Positions 1 through 10,776 of a stretch of DNA of 64,000 bases are shown here, piece by piece; position 1 is the first letter of the stretch, and each line of letters starts with the position of its first letter. The notes beneath the pieces are model-generated. The model had not been told where the DNA came from. It saw only the letters and a program-made list of their open reading frames with translations, and did not search any database. Where the stretch lies: NCBI GenBank assembly GCA_013416795.1, contig RQSC01000012.1, positions 62,001 to 126,000 of the forward strand, read 5' to 3'. The DNA comes from Prasinococcaceae sp. CCMP 1430. Lineage: Eukaryota; Plantae; Prasinodermophyta. The position numbers were made by a program, and so were the translations under genes.

Positions 1-431
1 CGATCGCGGAGCAGATGCAAAAGCTCATTCTGGCGCCTGCCACCTCGTACATGAAGGTCGTGGCCTCGTTTGCTTCCGTGGCGGCAGAGCTCGCCGAGGC
101 AATCGCTGCCGACGAAAACGCGCCTCCCGGATCGCCCTCGGGGAAGGGGAAGCAGGACGCGCGCGCTGGACCGGGGCGGCTGCTACCGCGGCACAGGGAG
201 CACCTCGACGCGGCGGTGCGCTTCGCGTTCAGGGCACACCAAGCTGCTGGCGGCTTCGATCGCGCGTCCTCCAAGGCGTTCGAGGAGCTGCAACGTGTGG
301 GCATTCCGAGCCTCAGCAAGGAGGCCGACGCTGAGGACGCTGACTCTGCGCGGCGACAACGAAGTGCCGGCTCGGCAAGGCAGGCTGGGATCACCAGTGC
401 ATCCGCCCCGACTCTCATCATGGCGTCCTGA
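1..431 (+). CDS. 3' end of a hypothetical protein (gene begins upstream of the window)
   Basis: Frame is open from the window edge (IAEQMQKLILAP...) to TGA at 431; no recognisable domain. Confidence 0.4.
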   Translation, partial: IAEQMQKLILAPATSYMKVVASFASVAAELAEAIAADENAPPGSPSGKGKQDARAGPGRLLPRHREHLDAAVRFAFRAHQAAGGFDRASSKAFEELQRVGIPSLSKEADAEDADSARRQRSAGSARQAGITSASAPTLIMAS

Positions 432-740
432 CGCAAACGCGCCCTCAATTGTACAAAATCAACGTATCATCGCACGCGTAGCACAGCGCCGCGGCGCGCT
501 GCGGCGGTGTCGCGCGCTCGCGAGGGGTGGGGGGCACGTGTGCTGTGTACAATTAAATTCACCCCTCGCCAGTTTACCCAACACCGACCACGCCGCCGGG
601 CGGGTTGGGGTGGGGTGGGGCACGCGAGTCTGTGGCTAGTGGCGAGGCATTTCATTCTAGCTGCCCCTCGCTCCCGTCGCCGAGCGCGCACCTCAGCGCA
701 CGCCGGCGCCACCCGCCCGCTGGCGCCGTCCATCGTCCAC

Positions 741-1619
741 TCACTTCTCGCTGGCCTTCTTGCGAAGCGCGTCCAGCTCGGCGTCGATGTCCGAGTCAAT
801 GGCGTCCTTGATTGGCCGCCCCTCGGGCAGCTCCTTCTTCTTCCCGTCGCCCAGCATGCCCGCCTTCATCGCTGCCAGCTCGTCGTCCACAGAGTCGCCC
901 TCCAGCGCCTTGAACTTCGACTCGAGGCTGGAGTCGCCCGCGGTGAGCTGCGCGACCGAGTCGGCCTCGGCCTCGAGCGCCATCACCTTCTCCTCCATCT
1001 TCTCGAAGGCCGCGAGCGAGCTGTCGACGTCGATCGCGCCGGAGATCTCGTTGACCTTCTTCTGCGTCTTGGCGCTCTGTGCGCGCGCCTTGAGCGTGTC
1101 CTTCTTGCTCTTCGCCTCGGCGAGCTTGGTCTCCAGGATCTTGCCGTTCGCGAGCAGCTTCTCCACACTCTCCTTCTGCAGCGCGAGCTGGCCCTTGAGC
1201 TGGTCGGCGTTTTCCTGGTTGGACTTCTTCCGCGTGAGCGCCTCACGCGCCAGCTCCTCGTCCCCCTTGCTCAGCGCAAGCTGCGCGCGCTGGTACCAGT
1301 CGTCCGCGGCGCTCTGCGCGGCCTCGTACTTGCGCTCGAGCTGCTTCTGCGACGCCATCACCTGCGCCGTCGCCTGGCGCAGCTTGGTGAGGTCCTGCGT
1401 CATGTCGACCACGGTCTGATCGAGGATCTTCTCGGGGTCCTCCGCCTTGTCCAGCACGGCGTTGGCGTACGATCGCACCACGCGCCCCAGCCGCGAGAAG
1501 ATGTTCGCGCGCGGCGCCATGCGCCGCGGCCGGGGCGGCGCGCGGCGCGNNNNNNNNNNNGCGCGCGCGGCGCCCCGCACACGCGCGCCGCGACGCGCGC
1601 GCCCCCCGTCTGATCGCAA
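741..1619 (-). CDS. VIPP1: Vesicle-inducing protein in plastids 1 (PspA/IM30 family), intronless
   Basis: NIFSRLGRVVRSYANAVLDKAEDPEKILDQTVVDM PspA N-terminus, long coiled coil, AFEKMEEKV, and the VIPP1-type extra C-terminal helix IDAELDALRKKA. The Arg/Ala-rich transit-peptide-like leader crosses an 11-nt N gap (1550-1560). Confidence 0.93.
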   Translation of the reverse strand: MRSDGGRARRGARVRGAARXXXXXRRAPPRPRRMAPRANIFSRLGRVVRSYANAVLDKAEDPEKILDQTVVDMTQDLTKLRQATAQVMASQKQLERKYEAAQSAADDWYQRAQLALSKGDEELAREALTRKKSNQENADQLKGQLALQKESVEKLLANGKILETKLAEAKSKKDTLKARAQSAKTQKKVNEISGAIDVDSSLAAFEKMEEKVMALEAEADSVAQLTAGDSSLESKFKALEGDSVDDELAAMKAGMLGDGKKKELPEGRPIKDAIDSDIDAELDALRKKASEK

Positions 1620-2036
1620 TTCATTTTGATCTATTTTACGGACGAGAGTGCTCCGAAACGCGCGCTCCGGCGCCCCGCCGAGGAGGGCGCCCGGCGCTGC
1701 GAACCGTGCCTTTTTGAGGTTTGGTTTCGATCATAGGGTTCACATGTTAATTCGGGCGTAGGTGGGAATGCACGCGGTTTGGTGTGGGGCGACGCCGCTG
1801 CCGTCCCGCGGGGCGGGCGAGGGCGGGTCGGGGTTGGCGAGGATCGATCGGCGCGGCGCGCGCGCCCCTGCCGCAGCGGAGCTCGCACTCTGCATCCCTC
1901 TGTTTGTTTGTCTGTCTTGTCGGGCCGGCCGCGGCCGTGGCGCGGTGAGGGCCAGCGAGAATGGGTCGGTCGGCGCTCCACCCCACACACCTGCCTGCCT
2001 GCTGCTGCGCCCGGCGGCCGCCTCTGCCTCTGCCTC

Positions 2037-2067
2037 TGTCTGTCTGTCTGTCTGTCTGTCTGGCTGG

Positions 2068-2160
<93 letters not shown>
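2037..2160. repeat. Compound tetranucleotide microsatellite (TGTC)n-(GACA)n-(CTGG)n; the first two blocks are mutual reverse complements
   Basis: Directly visible: TGTC block 2037-2060, 7-nt spacer, GACA block 2068-2121, CTGG block to ~2160. Confidence 0.95.
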
Positions 2161-2162
<2 letters not shown>

Positions 2163-2713
2163 TCTGGCCCTCTGCCGGCCGGGCTGGCTGGCTCTGGCTG
2201 GCTGCGGCGGGGCCGCGGCTGCAGCTGGCTGGGCGAGCCGGGGCCCGCCACGCGGGCAGCGCGCGCAGCCGCCGCGGCGCGCGCGGCATCGCGCGCTGGC
2301 CTCAAAAACAGAAAAAAAAAATCGGCTAGAGGCCGGCGGCGATCCCGGCAACCGGCAGGTACGTACCCGACCGCAGTCCATACGAATTCGATGAAGGCAA
2401 TTCGGACACTGCCCCGGCCTTGTGTCTTTTTTGTGCTTCACCAGCCAGAAGCTGCTGCACTTTGCTTTGCTGCATCCCGGGGCTAGCTAGCTGGCCATGG
2501 CTGGCTGGCTTGGCCGGCTGGGGCTTTCTTCGTGTGTTTTGATTGATGATACATTGATGTTGATGGCGTTTTCGCGCGCTTCATCGCCGGCGGACGGGCT
2601 CCGAGAGGGCAGCGGGCGGAGGCGCGCACGACCTAGAGCTATTTCCCATTTCCATTTCACCATGTAGCTTGCTCTTGCCGAATTTGAACGCGGGAAATTG
2701 GGGGGACGTGCTG

Positions 2714-4062
2714 ATGATATGTACAATTGGGGGTGTATCAGCGCGGAAAACGCGGGGATTGCGATGTTTTGGTGGGGCGTTTGGGGAATTTGGCGTGGGT
2801 GTGTGTCCGCTGGAGGTGTCGCGGGGGCGCGCGCCGGGCAGCCGGCCGAAGGTGTGCGTGACGGGGGCGACGGGGTTCGTGGGCACGAGGCTCGTGGGTG
2901 AGTGAGCAGGGGGCTGGGGATGGCGCGGCAGTCGAATCGCGCTGGCGCAGCACCGACATGGCGCGCATGCGAAGGCGTGCGGGCGCGCGAGCACACGTAT
3001 CGCAAATGCGCCAAGCGAGCTGACGCAACGGCGCGCTCTCGCGCGCGGCTCCGTGCACTCCTGATTGATGCGCGTGCTTTTACTGCGCCCGCAACTTGCC
3101 GCCCAGACGCACTCGAGGCCGCGGGCTACGATGTGGTCGCGCTCACACGCGACCCACTGCGCGCGCGCCGAGTCCTGCCGCCAACGGTGTCCGCAGCGGC
3201 GCCCGAGGGGTGGCGCGCCGCGATGCGCGGGGCCGCGGCCGTCATCAATCTCGCCGGCGAGCCCATCAGCACGCGCTGGTCGGACTCCATTAAGCGCGAG
3301 ATCAAGGTGCGCTCGTGCCTGAGGCGCGCCACGACCTGGCCCAGAAGAGTGCCCTCTTACACCCTGTGCTGACTGTCGTACTGCGCATCTGCGCGCGCTT
3401 GTCACGCGCAGGGGAGCCGGCTGCGCGCCACGCGTCGAGTGGTCGATGCGATTGCTGACCTCGGCGATGATGCACCGAAGGTGCTTGTGAGCGCATCGGC
3501 GATTGGATACTACGGCACGAGTGACGACGCGGCGGGGTTCGCGGAGGGGAGTGCTGCGGGGCAGGACTACCTGGCGGAGGTGTGCCAGGAGTGGGAGGCA
3601 GCGGCCTCGAGAGCGCGCTGCGAGCGTACATGCGTGGTGCGTGTGGGTGTAGTCCTCGACTCTGGCGGCGGTGCGCTCGCCAAGATGATGCCCGTGTTCC
3701 AGCTTGGCGCTGGCGGGCCACTCGGCAAGGGCACCCAGTGGTTCTCGTGGGTGCACAGGGATGACCTGTGCGCGATGCTCGTCGAGGCCGTGCGCAACCC
3801 ATCGTACGAGGGTGTATACAACGCCACGGCGCCGTCTCCTGTGCGCATGGGTGAGCTCTGTGAGGCGCTCGGGCGTGCCACCGGCAGGCCCAACTGGCTG
3901 CCGGTGCCATCCTTCGCTGTGGAGGCGCTGCTGGGCGAGGGGGCCACGGTCGTGCTCGAGGGGCAAAGGGTACTGCCAGCCCGCGCCATGGAGGCGGGTT
4001 TCCAGTTCAAGTATCCGGACATTGACGGCTGTCTGGAAGCCATCACAGAAAAGGGCATCTGA
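2714..4062 (+). CDS. GC1: TIGR01777-family atypical SDR epimerase (GC1/SulA/SDR39U1-like); exons ~2714-2897, 3107-3306, 3412-4062
   Basis: KVCVTGATGFVG, VINLAGEPI, LVSASAIGYYG, LGGPLGKGTQWFSWVHRDD, YNATAPSPV and LEGQRVLP motifs; GT-AG introns join the exons in frame. Confidence 0.88.
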
Positions 4063-4222
4063 AGCCTTGCGTGGACGGACGAACACCAGTTCGCCTCTCC
4101 CGAGGCTCTGCCTACGCCTCGAGCCAGGGTAACACAGCGTGCGAGATTGACGGCAATATGTTTATTAGAGTGCGCGCGCAGCGTACTTATGCGGTTGTGC
4201 TGGCCGTCGAGCGCGTGCGCGT

Positions 4223-5635
4223 TCACAGCAACGGTCGCGGTGGCGCGCGCGCAAGCAGGCACTCGGCAGCCGCTCGGTGGCCGGTCTCTATGGCTGCCTG
4301 CATGCACGGGTTCGCGTTGGCGTTGGTCGCCTCGCCTGCGTAGAAAATGCGGCGTCCATGCGAGGGCATCGCCAGCGCGGCCCGCGCGCCGGCGGCGTGT
4401 GCGCTCGGGTACGTGTATGCGCCGCGCACCCACTTTGCCCCCGACCAGTCCTCAACGTGCGTCGCGCGTAGCCTGTCGCTGGCGGGCGTCCGACTCCTGC
4501 GGTAGCCCGGCGCGCCGGGCATCTCGGCAAACATTTCGTCGAGCTGCGCGATGGTGCGCCGCACAATCTCGTCGCGCGTCAGCACCTTGGCCTGATCGGC
4601 AGCCTTGCCCGCCAAAAAGGCGGTGATGACGTGCTCACCGCTCGCGCTCGCCTCGCAATCGGTTGTGCGTGTGTGAGGCGTCACCCAGAACTCGGGCACG
4701 AAAGCCCCGGGGCAGATGACGTCGAAAAAGCCCTCCGGCCACACGCGCTCGCTAAACACGCAGAAGACCTTGATGGCATTGCCCATGCCCACGCGCACGA
4801 GCGCGTCGCGCTTGTGCGCCGGCAGCGGCGGAGAGAAGCGCGGAGTGCCTTCCTGCAACATTGCATGAGGCACCGTCACCACGCAGTGCCTGCAACGCAA
4901 GAAGCCCGCGCCGTCCCTACCAACGCCCAGCTGCTGCGCGCGCGTTCGCACGACGACATGGTCGCTGCCCTGGCTCGCGACGATCTCCTCAACGGCCGTG
5001 TTGAGGCGCAGGTCGAGACCCTCCGCCATCCTGTCCACGAGCACGCCCAGCGACTCCTCAACCACGAGGTAGCTCTCGTCGTAGCTCCAGTGACGCGCCT
5101 CCTCGGTGATCTCAAACACGCCCATCCGATCGAGGCTGGTACCAAAATCGTTGGCATATGCCGCCTCAGCAACGTCCACGACCTCGCGCGGTTCGCTAGT
5201 CGCGGCGAGGTGCTCCGCAATGGTGCGGTCGGCCGCACTGGTCTCGCCGACCATACGCTCGAAGATGTCGTCGGCTCGCGCCACGGAAGGGTCGCTCTCC
5301 GGATCGTCAACCCAGCGCTTGCCGACCGGCCGGCGAGCGAACCAGAACTTGTCGGGCCACGCGTGCTCGCGCGTCTTCAGGCCGAACTCGTCGAGCAGTG
5401 CCTTGAGCACGGACCGCGAGCCGCCGTGGACGAACTCGGGCCCCGCCTCCAGCGGCCATGGCGCGAGCCCGCCGCGCACCTGGCGCACGCGGCCGCCGGG
5501 TGCACCGCCCGCCTCGACGAGCGCGACACGCGCCACGCCCGCGCGCACGAGCGAGCGTGCCGCTGTCAGGCCCGCCAGACCTGCGCCCACCACTACCACG
5601 TCAACCACCTCCTCCCGCCCGCCAGCTGCCGCCAT
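4223..5635 (-). CDS. Flavin-containing amine oxidase (MAO/PAO/LSD1-like), intronless
   Basis: VVVGAGLAGL FAD-binding motif, EA..GGRV, LEAGPEFVHG, W...WVRGAYTY, IFYAGEAT and AAIETGHRAA. Confidence 0.9.
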   Translation of the reverse strand: MAAAGGREEVVDVVVVGAGLAGLTAARSLVRAGVARVALVEAGGAPGGRVRQVRGGLAPWPLEAGPEFVHGGSRSVLKALLDEFGLKTREHAWPDKFWFARRPVGKRWVDDPESDPSVARADDIFERMVGETSAADRTIAEHLAATSEPREVVDVAEAAYANDFGTSLDRMGVFEITEEARHWSYDESYLVVEESLGVLVDRMAEGLDLRLNTAVEEIVASQGSDHVVVRTRAQQLGVGRDGAGFLRCRHCVVTVPHAMLQEGTPRFSPPLPAHKRDALVRVGMGNAIKVFCVFSERVWPEGFFDVICPGAFVPEFWVTPHTRTTDCEASASGEHVITAFLAGKAADQAKVLTRDEIVRRTIAQLDEMFAEMPGAPGYRRSRTPASDRLRATHVEDWSGAKWVRGAYTYPSAHAAGARAALAMPSHGRRIFYAGEATNANANPCMQAAIETGHRAAAECLLARAPPRPLL

Positions 5636-5807
5636 CGGCCGCCCTTTCCCCACCTACCCACCCACCCTCGCCGCTGCCCGTCGTGTGGCGCGGCGGCCGG
5701 CGGCTGCCGGGCTGCAACCCAATCTGAACCCTCTTCAGTGCAGAATGTTAGCAGAAATCAGGGATCTGATATACCATCATGGTAAGAATCAATTCTCGGA
5801 GATGGGA

Positions 5808-5835
5808 CTAACCCAAATCCTAACCCCAACCCTAC
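5808..5835. promoter_or_regulatory. Degenerate telomere-like/telo-box cluster in a divergent promoter
   Basis: CTAACCC-AAATCCTAACCCC-AACCCTA between the amine oxidase and RPC7-like genes. Confidence 0.45.
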
Positions 5836-6342
5836 GTACTACCAAGTGGTACATGCGCGGCGGTGCTTTCTGATATGGGCGTTGCGCTCGTGCATCGACG
5901 CCTGAGTGGCGTCTGAGTGGCGTCTGAGTGGCGGTATGGCCTCCATCAAAACGAAAGGAGCGCGACCAGACCAGACGGGGGCGGCCGCGGAGCAAACAGG
6001 CGCGGGCTGGTCGCTGCCCTTCGCGCCGAGCCCCATCGGGAGGTCCCGGGGGGGCAGCGCGGCCTCCCGGGCTCGCTCGGGCCTGTCCGAGCGGCGGCGT
6101 GCACGTGCGCGCGCGCGCACGCGCACACGTGCGCGAGTGTGGTTGGGCGGGGTAGGGACGAAGCGGCGGCTGGGCGGCGCGCCACCGGGGGAAAGCAAAG
6201 TGGGGGGCGGCAAGGGAGGGAGAGGGAGGGACGTGGGGAAGGGGAGGAGAGCGAGAGGGACGGCCGCGCCTCGAACGCGCTGGTGGTTTGATCCCGCCCG
6301 CGTCGTGTTTTGCTCGCCCTGTCCTCTGGCCCGTTCGCACAG

Positions 6343-7191
6343 TCGCTGGTGATGGTGGCCGCGGCGAAGGCTCAAGCGGCTCCTGCCGTGAGAGTGAAGG
6401 AAGAGGACGCAGATGGCTCGGGGGCCAGCGGTAAGCGGCAGCAAGAAAACGGAGGCAGCGACCACATCGATCTCAGCGGCGACGCCCAGGGAACAAGCGG
6501 ATCAGAGGGGGAAGATCGGAGCGAGTCGGAGAGCGAGGAGGAGGAGTCCGACATCACGATGAAAAATGTGGATGTGTGGCTCGAGGATCGCGCGGGGGTT
6601 GCACAGCTGTGGCGATACAGCGGCTTCTACCTCACGAGGCGCCTCGCCGAGGAGAAAGGCGTGAATGGCGTGGTGATTGCAGCAGGGTTTAGTGAAGGAC
6701 TGCTCAATGGACCCATCGCGTCACAGCACGCAGCGAGGCGGCCACTCCCCAAGGAAATCGAGGACTACGGTGAAGCAGCTGAGGACTCGCCCTTCCCAGA
6801 TGTGCTGTGGCAGTCATGGCACGAAAGCGCCAATGGCAAGCGGAGCTCTGCGGCCCCGGTTGTAGTGAGGAAACCTGCCAAGGTGGCACGAGCGGGGGAT
6901 GCTGGCCTGGCACGCCTCGACGCGCTTGAGGAGGAGGAGGAGGCTGCGGGCGATCCTGATGCCGACGACGCTGACCCATCCGCCAAGCCAGACGCGGCTG
7001 GCGCCACGGGCGCAAGCGGCGGCGCCGCCACTGACGCCGTTGATACCAACCCATACATGGGCGTGCAGGACGAGGTTGAGGATGATGAGGACGATTGGGC
7101 GATGGGAGAAGATGACCTCGTGCATGAACAGTACGACGACGACGACGACGGGGCGCTGTCTGACGACGGCGACGACGGAGCGGTCTTCTAA
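6343..7191 (+). CDS. Probable RNA polymerase III subunit RPC7/C31-like protein (5' exon not located)
   Basis: GFYL, LPKEI and an acidic tail ending YDDDDD...DDGAVF*, resembling the RPC7 C-terminus. Acceptor CAG at 6340-6342; TGTAA at 7356. Recognition is weak and mostly compositional. Confidence 0.45.
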   Translation, partial: SLVMVAAAKAQAAPAVRVKEEDADGSGASGKRQQENGGSDHIDLSGDAQGTSGSEGEDRSESESEEEESDITMKNVDVWLEDRAGVAQLWRYSGFYLTRRLAEEKGVNGVVIAAGFSEGLLNGPIASQHAARRPLPKEIEDYGEAAEDSPFPDVLWQSWHESANGKRSSAAPVVVRKPAKVARAGDAGLARLDALEEEEEAAGDPDADDADPSAKPDAAGATGASGGAATDAVDTNPYMGVQDEVEDDEDDWAMGEDDLVHEQYDDDDDGALSDDGDDGAVF

Positions 7192-7296
7192 CATGGGCAC
7201 CCTCTGTATATCGTGGTGTCACGAATACATGTGAGTCGTCCGCTGCTGCGTGGCCACCAAGCGCATGTGTCGCACGGCAGATGTGCAAAAGCTTTC

Positions 7297-9024
7297 TTAC
7301 GATGCTCGCCAGGCCTTGCTCCTGGCTGTGCGCTCGCCACCACCGCCTTCACCCCTGTAAACCGCGCGCGGAACCATGGCCATTTGCACCTGCATGCTCT
7401 CGCGAGACGGCTTGATGGACTTGGTACAGAGTAGAAGTGGGCGGCTCGCGAACCCTCCCACGGAGTTTCCGTCGCCGTCGCCAGCCTCTGGGGGTGCCAG
7501 CTCTTCCACACGCTCGAAGCCGACCTCGTCACGGAGGTACGCTGCGAAGGCCTCGGGGCGAAGCTTGAGCCTGTCCCCACGAACCTTGTCGGTCGTCGTT
7601 GCGTAGATGTGATCTGTCAGGCGAAAATACTGCTGGTACGACTTCCAGGGTTGCGGCTCGAGCACAAAAAGCCCGCCTGGCGTCAGCGTGTCGTGCACCT
7701 TACGAAAGAAATTCCTCATCGCGACGTCGCCGCCGTGGAGATGCAGCCACTTGGACACACTCAGCGCGAGTACCACGTCCTGTGAACACGCCTCTGTGAG
7801 CGAAGTGGTAAAGTCCTCGTGGCGGAAATGCACTGCGCGTAGGGCGGCGAGTCTAGCATGCACACTAGTCGCCGTAGTGTCCATCGCGGCGCTCGACGCG
7901 CCACCGTGCTTCTGCGTCTGCTGTTTCCCGCCTCGTGATTGCGATTGCAGGTTCCTGTCTCCGTTCACCTCCTCCTCCTCCTCTTCCACCTGCTGGTGGT
8001 GGTGGTGGTGGTGGTGGTGGTGCTGCTGCTGCTGCTGCGGCGGCAGCGGCGGCGGCGAGCCCCCATACAGCTGGTTTGCCGCGGATGCATGGTTTTGCGT
8101 GCCTTGCAACGACGCCGAATCTCCGCCCACGTCGACCTGGCGCTGCGCGCCTGTGGACACCTGGGCGCATGCAGATACGTGCGCCGCCTGATGCTGATCC
8201 GCTACCGCGCGCGCGGCCTCCTTCTTGAGAGTGTCACGTAGCTTGTTGATCGCGCCACGCCTGTTGCCGTACGCCTTCCGCACGAGCACCTCGTCGATGT
8301 CCACACCAAGCACTGCGGATGCACCTAGATCCGCAGCAACGCGAAGTGACACGAGCCCCTCGTTGCAACCCACGTCAAGCACGCGCCGGCCGCTGAACCA
8401 CGCTGTGCTCAGCGACGAAAAACGAGGATCATCCGAGTTGCGACCAGCACGTAGACGATACGAGTAATACCCCCGGTAGTTGCCGTAAATGGGCTTGTGT
8501 GCGGCGTCCCCTTTGCGCTTGCCATCGCCAACGCCACCTTTGGCGTCCGTGCCACCGCCGCCGTTGCCGTCGCCGCCCCCGCTGCAGTCGCTCACGGCGC
8601 TGCCCCCCTTGGCGCGCTTGTGAGTCTTATGGCCAGCCCCGGGGCCAACCCGGTTGCGCTTTTCGCTTCCTCCCCCTCGCTCACCCTGAGCATCTGAGCC
8701 TGCGAGCTGGCCGTCCATGTTGCACGCACCAGCGGCGCCTGCATCGACTTGGCCAACGTCTGAGCTTGCCTGCGCCGCGGCAGCCTCGAGTTGCCTGCGC
8801 TCCTTTCGCATGGCAATGCGCGCGCGGTCCCGCCTCTTTGCATCGGCAGCGCGCACTGCGTTGCGCTCTGCACGCTTCTGCCCTTGCCCGCTCCCGCGCC
8901 CCCTTCCGCGCCCGGCCCTGCGCCCGCGTCTGCCCCCGCAAGCTGGCTGGTCGCCGCCCGCCGGCTGCCCTGCCGGCGGCTGCTCGCTGCCAGGAGCTTG
9001 CCGCTCATCGGCCTCCTCTCCCAT
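7297..9024 (-). CDS. BIN3: Bin3/MePCE methylphosphate capping enzyme (SAM methyltransferase), intronless
   Basis: YGNYRGYYSYR, VLDVGCNEG, GVDIDEVLVRKA, VVLALSVSKWLHL.GGD and GGLFVLEPQPWKSY motifs. Confidence 0.9.
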   Translation of the reverse strand: MGEEADERQAPGSEQPPAGQPAGGDQPACGGRRGRRAGRGRGRGSGQGQKRAERNAVRAADAKRRDRARIAMRKERRQLEAAAAQASSDVGQVDAGAAGACNMDGQLAGSDAQGERGGGSEKRNRVGPGAGHKTHKRAKGGSAVSDCSGGGDGNGGGGTDAKGGVGDGKRKGDAAHKPIYGNYRGYYSYRLRAGRNSDDPRFSSLSTAWFSGRRVLDVGCNEGLVSLRVAADLGASAVLGVDIDEVLVRKAYGNRRGAINKLRDTLKKEAARAVADQHQAAHVSACAQVSTGAQRQVDVGGDSASLQGTQNHASAANQLYGGSPPPLPPQQQQQHHHHHHHHHQQVEEEEEEVNGDRNLQSQSRGGKQQTQKHGGASSAAMDTTATSVHARLAALRAVHFRHEDFTTSLTEACSQDVVLALSVSKWLHLHGGDVAMRNFFRKVHDTLTPGGLFVLEPQPWKSYQQYFRLTDHIYATTTDKVRGDRLKLRPEAFAAYLRDEVGFERVEELAPPEAGDGDGNSVGGFASRPLLLCTKSIKPSRESMQVQMAMVPRAVYRGEGGGGERTARSKAWRAS

Positions 9025-9264
9025 GGCCCTGCCGCCGATGGTGCCGTGGCAAGCGAGCGAGCGCCCCCGTTATCGCCCCGCTAGAGCCGCGCGGGGCTGG
9101 CAAGGGCGGGCAGGCGGGCGCCCGCGCCGCGCGCACCCTCTGGCAGCGCCGGTGCTCTGGTCTGCCGCTTGTCTCGGAGTTTTATGAGCGAGCCAGCCAG
9201 CCGATATGCCAAACAGCGCGCAGGCGGGTAGAGGCGCAACTGCGGGGGCGCTGCTGCGGCGCAG

Positions 9265-10776
9265 ATGGATGGCACGGTGCCCCGCGCGCCCGTGGAGGAC
9301 CGCAAGGGCAAGCGCAAGGTGCGCTTCAGCGATGAGGCCGGGGGGGCAACCGGTGGTGACGATGGCGCGCCTTGCGATGATGACGCGCGGGTGAAGCGCG
9401 CGCGGAGGTACAACGCGGGCCTGCTCGCGGGCAGCGACGACGACGAGGAGTCAGTCCATGGCGGAGCTCACGAGCGCGTGCATGTGCGCGGCGCGGAGGG
9501 GGCAGGCGAGGAGGAAGGGCCCATCAAGTCACTCGACCCGGTGTTGGCGGCCGCGCGCCGCAGCTCTGCGCGTGCGGCGGCGCGCGATGGCGTAGGCGCC
9601 GAGACACTTGCGGCGGCTGCGCGCATCGCAGGCAGCACTGGCAGCGGTGGCGGCAGCGATAGTGACGCCGAGGGAGCTGAGGAGGGCGGCGGTGCGAGCG
9701 ATGACGAGGATGAGTTTGGCCGCTATAGAGGCGTTGGTGGCGTCGGTGGCGACGGGGACGTACCGCTTGAGCCGTTTAACCTCAAGCGCGAGCGCCAGCT
9801 CGGCACATTCGACGAGGACGGCAACTACACTGAGCGCCGCATCGACCGCGACGTCGAAGATGCATGGCTGGACTCGGTGGAGATGGACGCCACCCTCAAG
9901 GAGCGCATGGCGGCCAAGGCGGCGCTGGCTGCCAAGACAGAGGCCGGCCGCGGCGCGGGCACCAGCGAAGGCGGCGGAGGCAGCGACGAAGGCGAGGGAC
10001 GGGAGCGCACCGAGGCTGAAGTCATCGCGCTTAAGCGTGCGCTGGTGGAACACATGCAACCCGGGGAGAGTGTCACCAGCGCGCTCGCGCGGCTATCGGG
10101 GCAGCGCTCCGGGAAGGGGGCTCGCGGGGGCGCGAGCAAGAGCCGCTCGGCGCTCGAGCCCGCCGCCGCCGCCGCCGTCGCTGCTATCACGGAGGCGGCG
10201 TCAGCCCTCATGGACGGCGGTGACTTTGAAATCTACCAGGCGCGCAGCGAGGAGCTGCGGCAGCACGTAGAGGAGCACGAAAGAAAAGGCGCTGCGAGGA
10301 ATGCGCTGCTGAATGACGCAAACAGTGACGCCGAGGACATGTTTGCGGACTCCGATGACGATGCGAATAAAACCAAGTGCGCCAAGGAGGTGGCAAAGGA
10401 CGAGAGCGCGGGGCAGCCCTCGCACGCGATGGCTGGGTACACATATGATCCCAGCAGCGGGTACTACGTGGATGCCTCGACGGGCACGTACTATGACACA
10501 CGCAGCAAGCTCTTCTACTCCTCTGGCAACGGCAAGTGGTATTCACACGACGCGCAGAGGGGATACGTTGAGGCTGAGGCACCTTTGCATGCGCTGCAGC
10601 AGTCTGCCCCAGTGGCGCCTGCGGCGGCTGCGATGCCCGCACCCACTGCGGCCGAGCTCGAGTCCATGGGCGTGCGAGAGCTCAAGCAGCGGCTGCTGGC
10701 GGGCGGCGTGGACCCCAGTGGCTACGTTGAGAAGAGCGAGCTGCTGGCCGTGGCCAAGAAACTCTGCGGCGTCTAG
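9265..10776 (+). CDS. CD2BP2/Snu40/LIN1 (U5-52K)-like protein with OCRE domain and C-terminal SAP-like motif, intronless
   Basis: LEPFNLKRERQLGTFDEDGNY, DAWLDS and PGESVTSALARL (CD2BP2 core); GYTYDPSSGYYVDASTGTYYD aromatic octamer repeats (OCRE); MGVRELKQRLLAGGVDPSGYVEKSELL. Confidence 0.8.
   Translation: MDGTVPRAPVEDRKGKRKVRFSDEAGGATGGDDGAPCDDDARVKRARRYNAGLLAGSDDDEESVHGGAHERVHVRGAEGAGEEEGPIKSLDPVLAAARRSSARAAARDGVGAETLAAAARIAGSTGSGGGSDSDAEGAEEGGGASDDEDEFGRYRGVGGVGGDGDVPLEPFNLKRERQLGTFDEDGNYTERRIDRDVEDAWLDSVEMDATLKERMAAKAALAAKTEAGRGAGTSEGGGGSDEGEGRERTEAEVIALKRALVEHMQPGESVTSALARLSGQRSGKGARGGASKSRSALEPAAAAAVAAITEAASALMDGGDFEIYQARSEELRQHVEEHERKGAARNALLNDANSDAEDMFADSDDDANKTKCAKEVAKDESAGQPSHAMAGYTYDPSSGYYVDASTGTYYDTRSKLFYSSGNGKWYSHDAQRGYVEAEAPLHALQQSAPVAPAAAAMPAPTAAELESMGVRELKQRLLAGGVDPSGYVEKSELLAVAKKLCGV

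Noticed and set aside
1631-2486. ORFs across the tetranucleotide repeats
   Set aside because: Repeat-derived (SVCL/QTDR/PASQ); not credible proteins.
5903-5931. GAGTGGCGTCT x3 short direct repeat
   Set aside because: Only three 11-bp copies with no spacers or element features.
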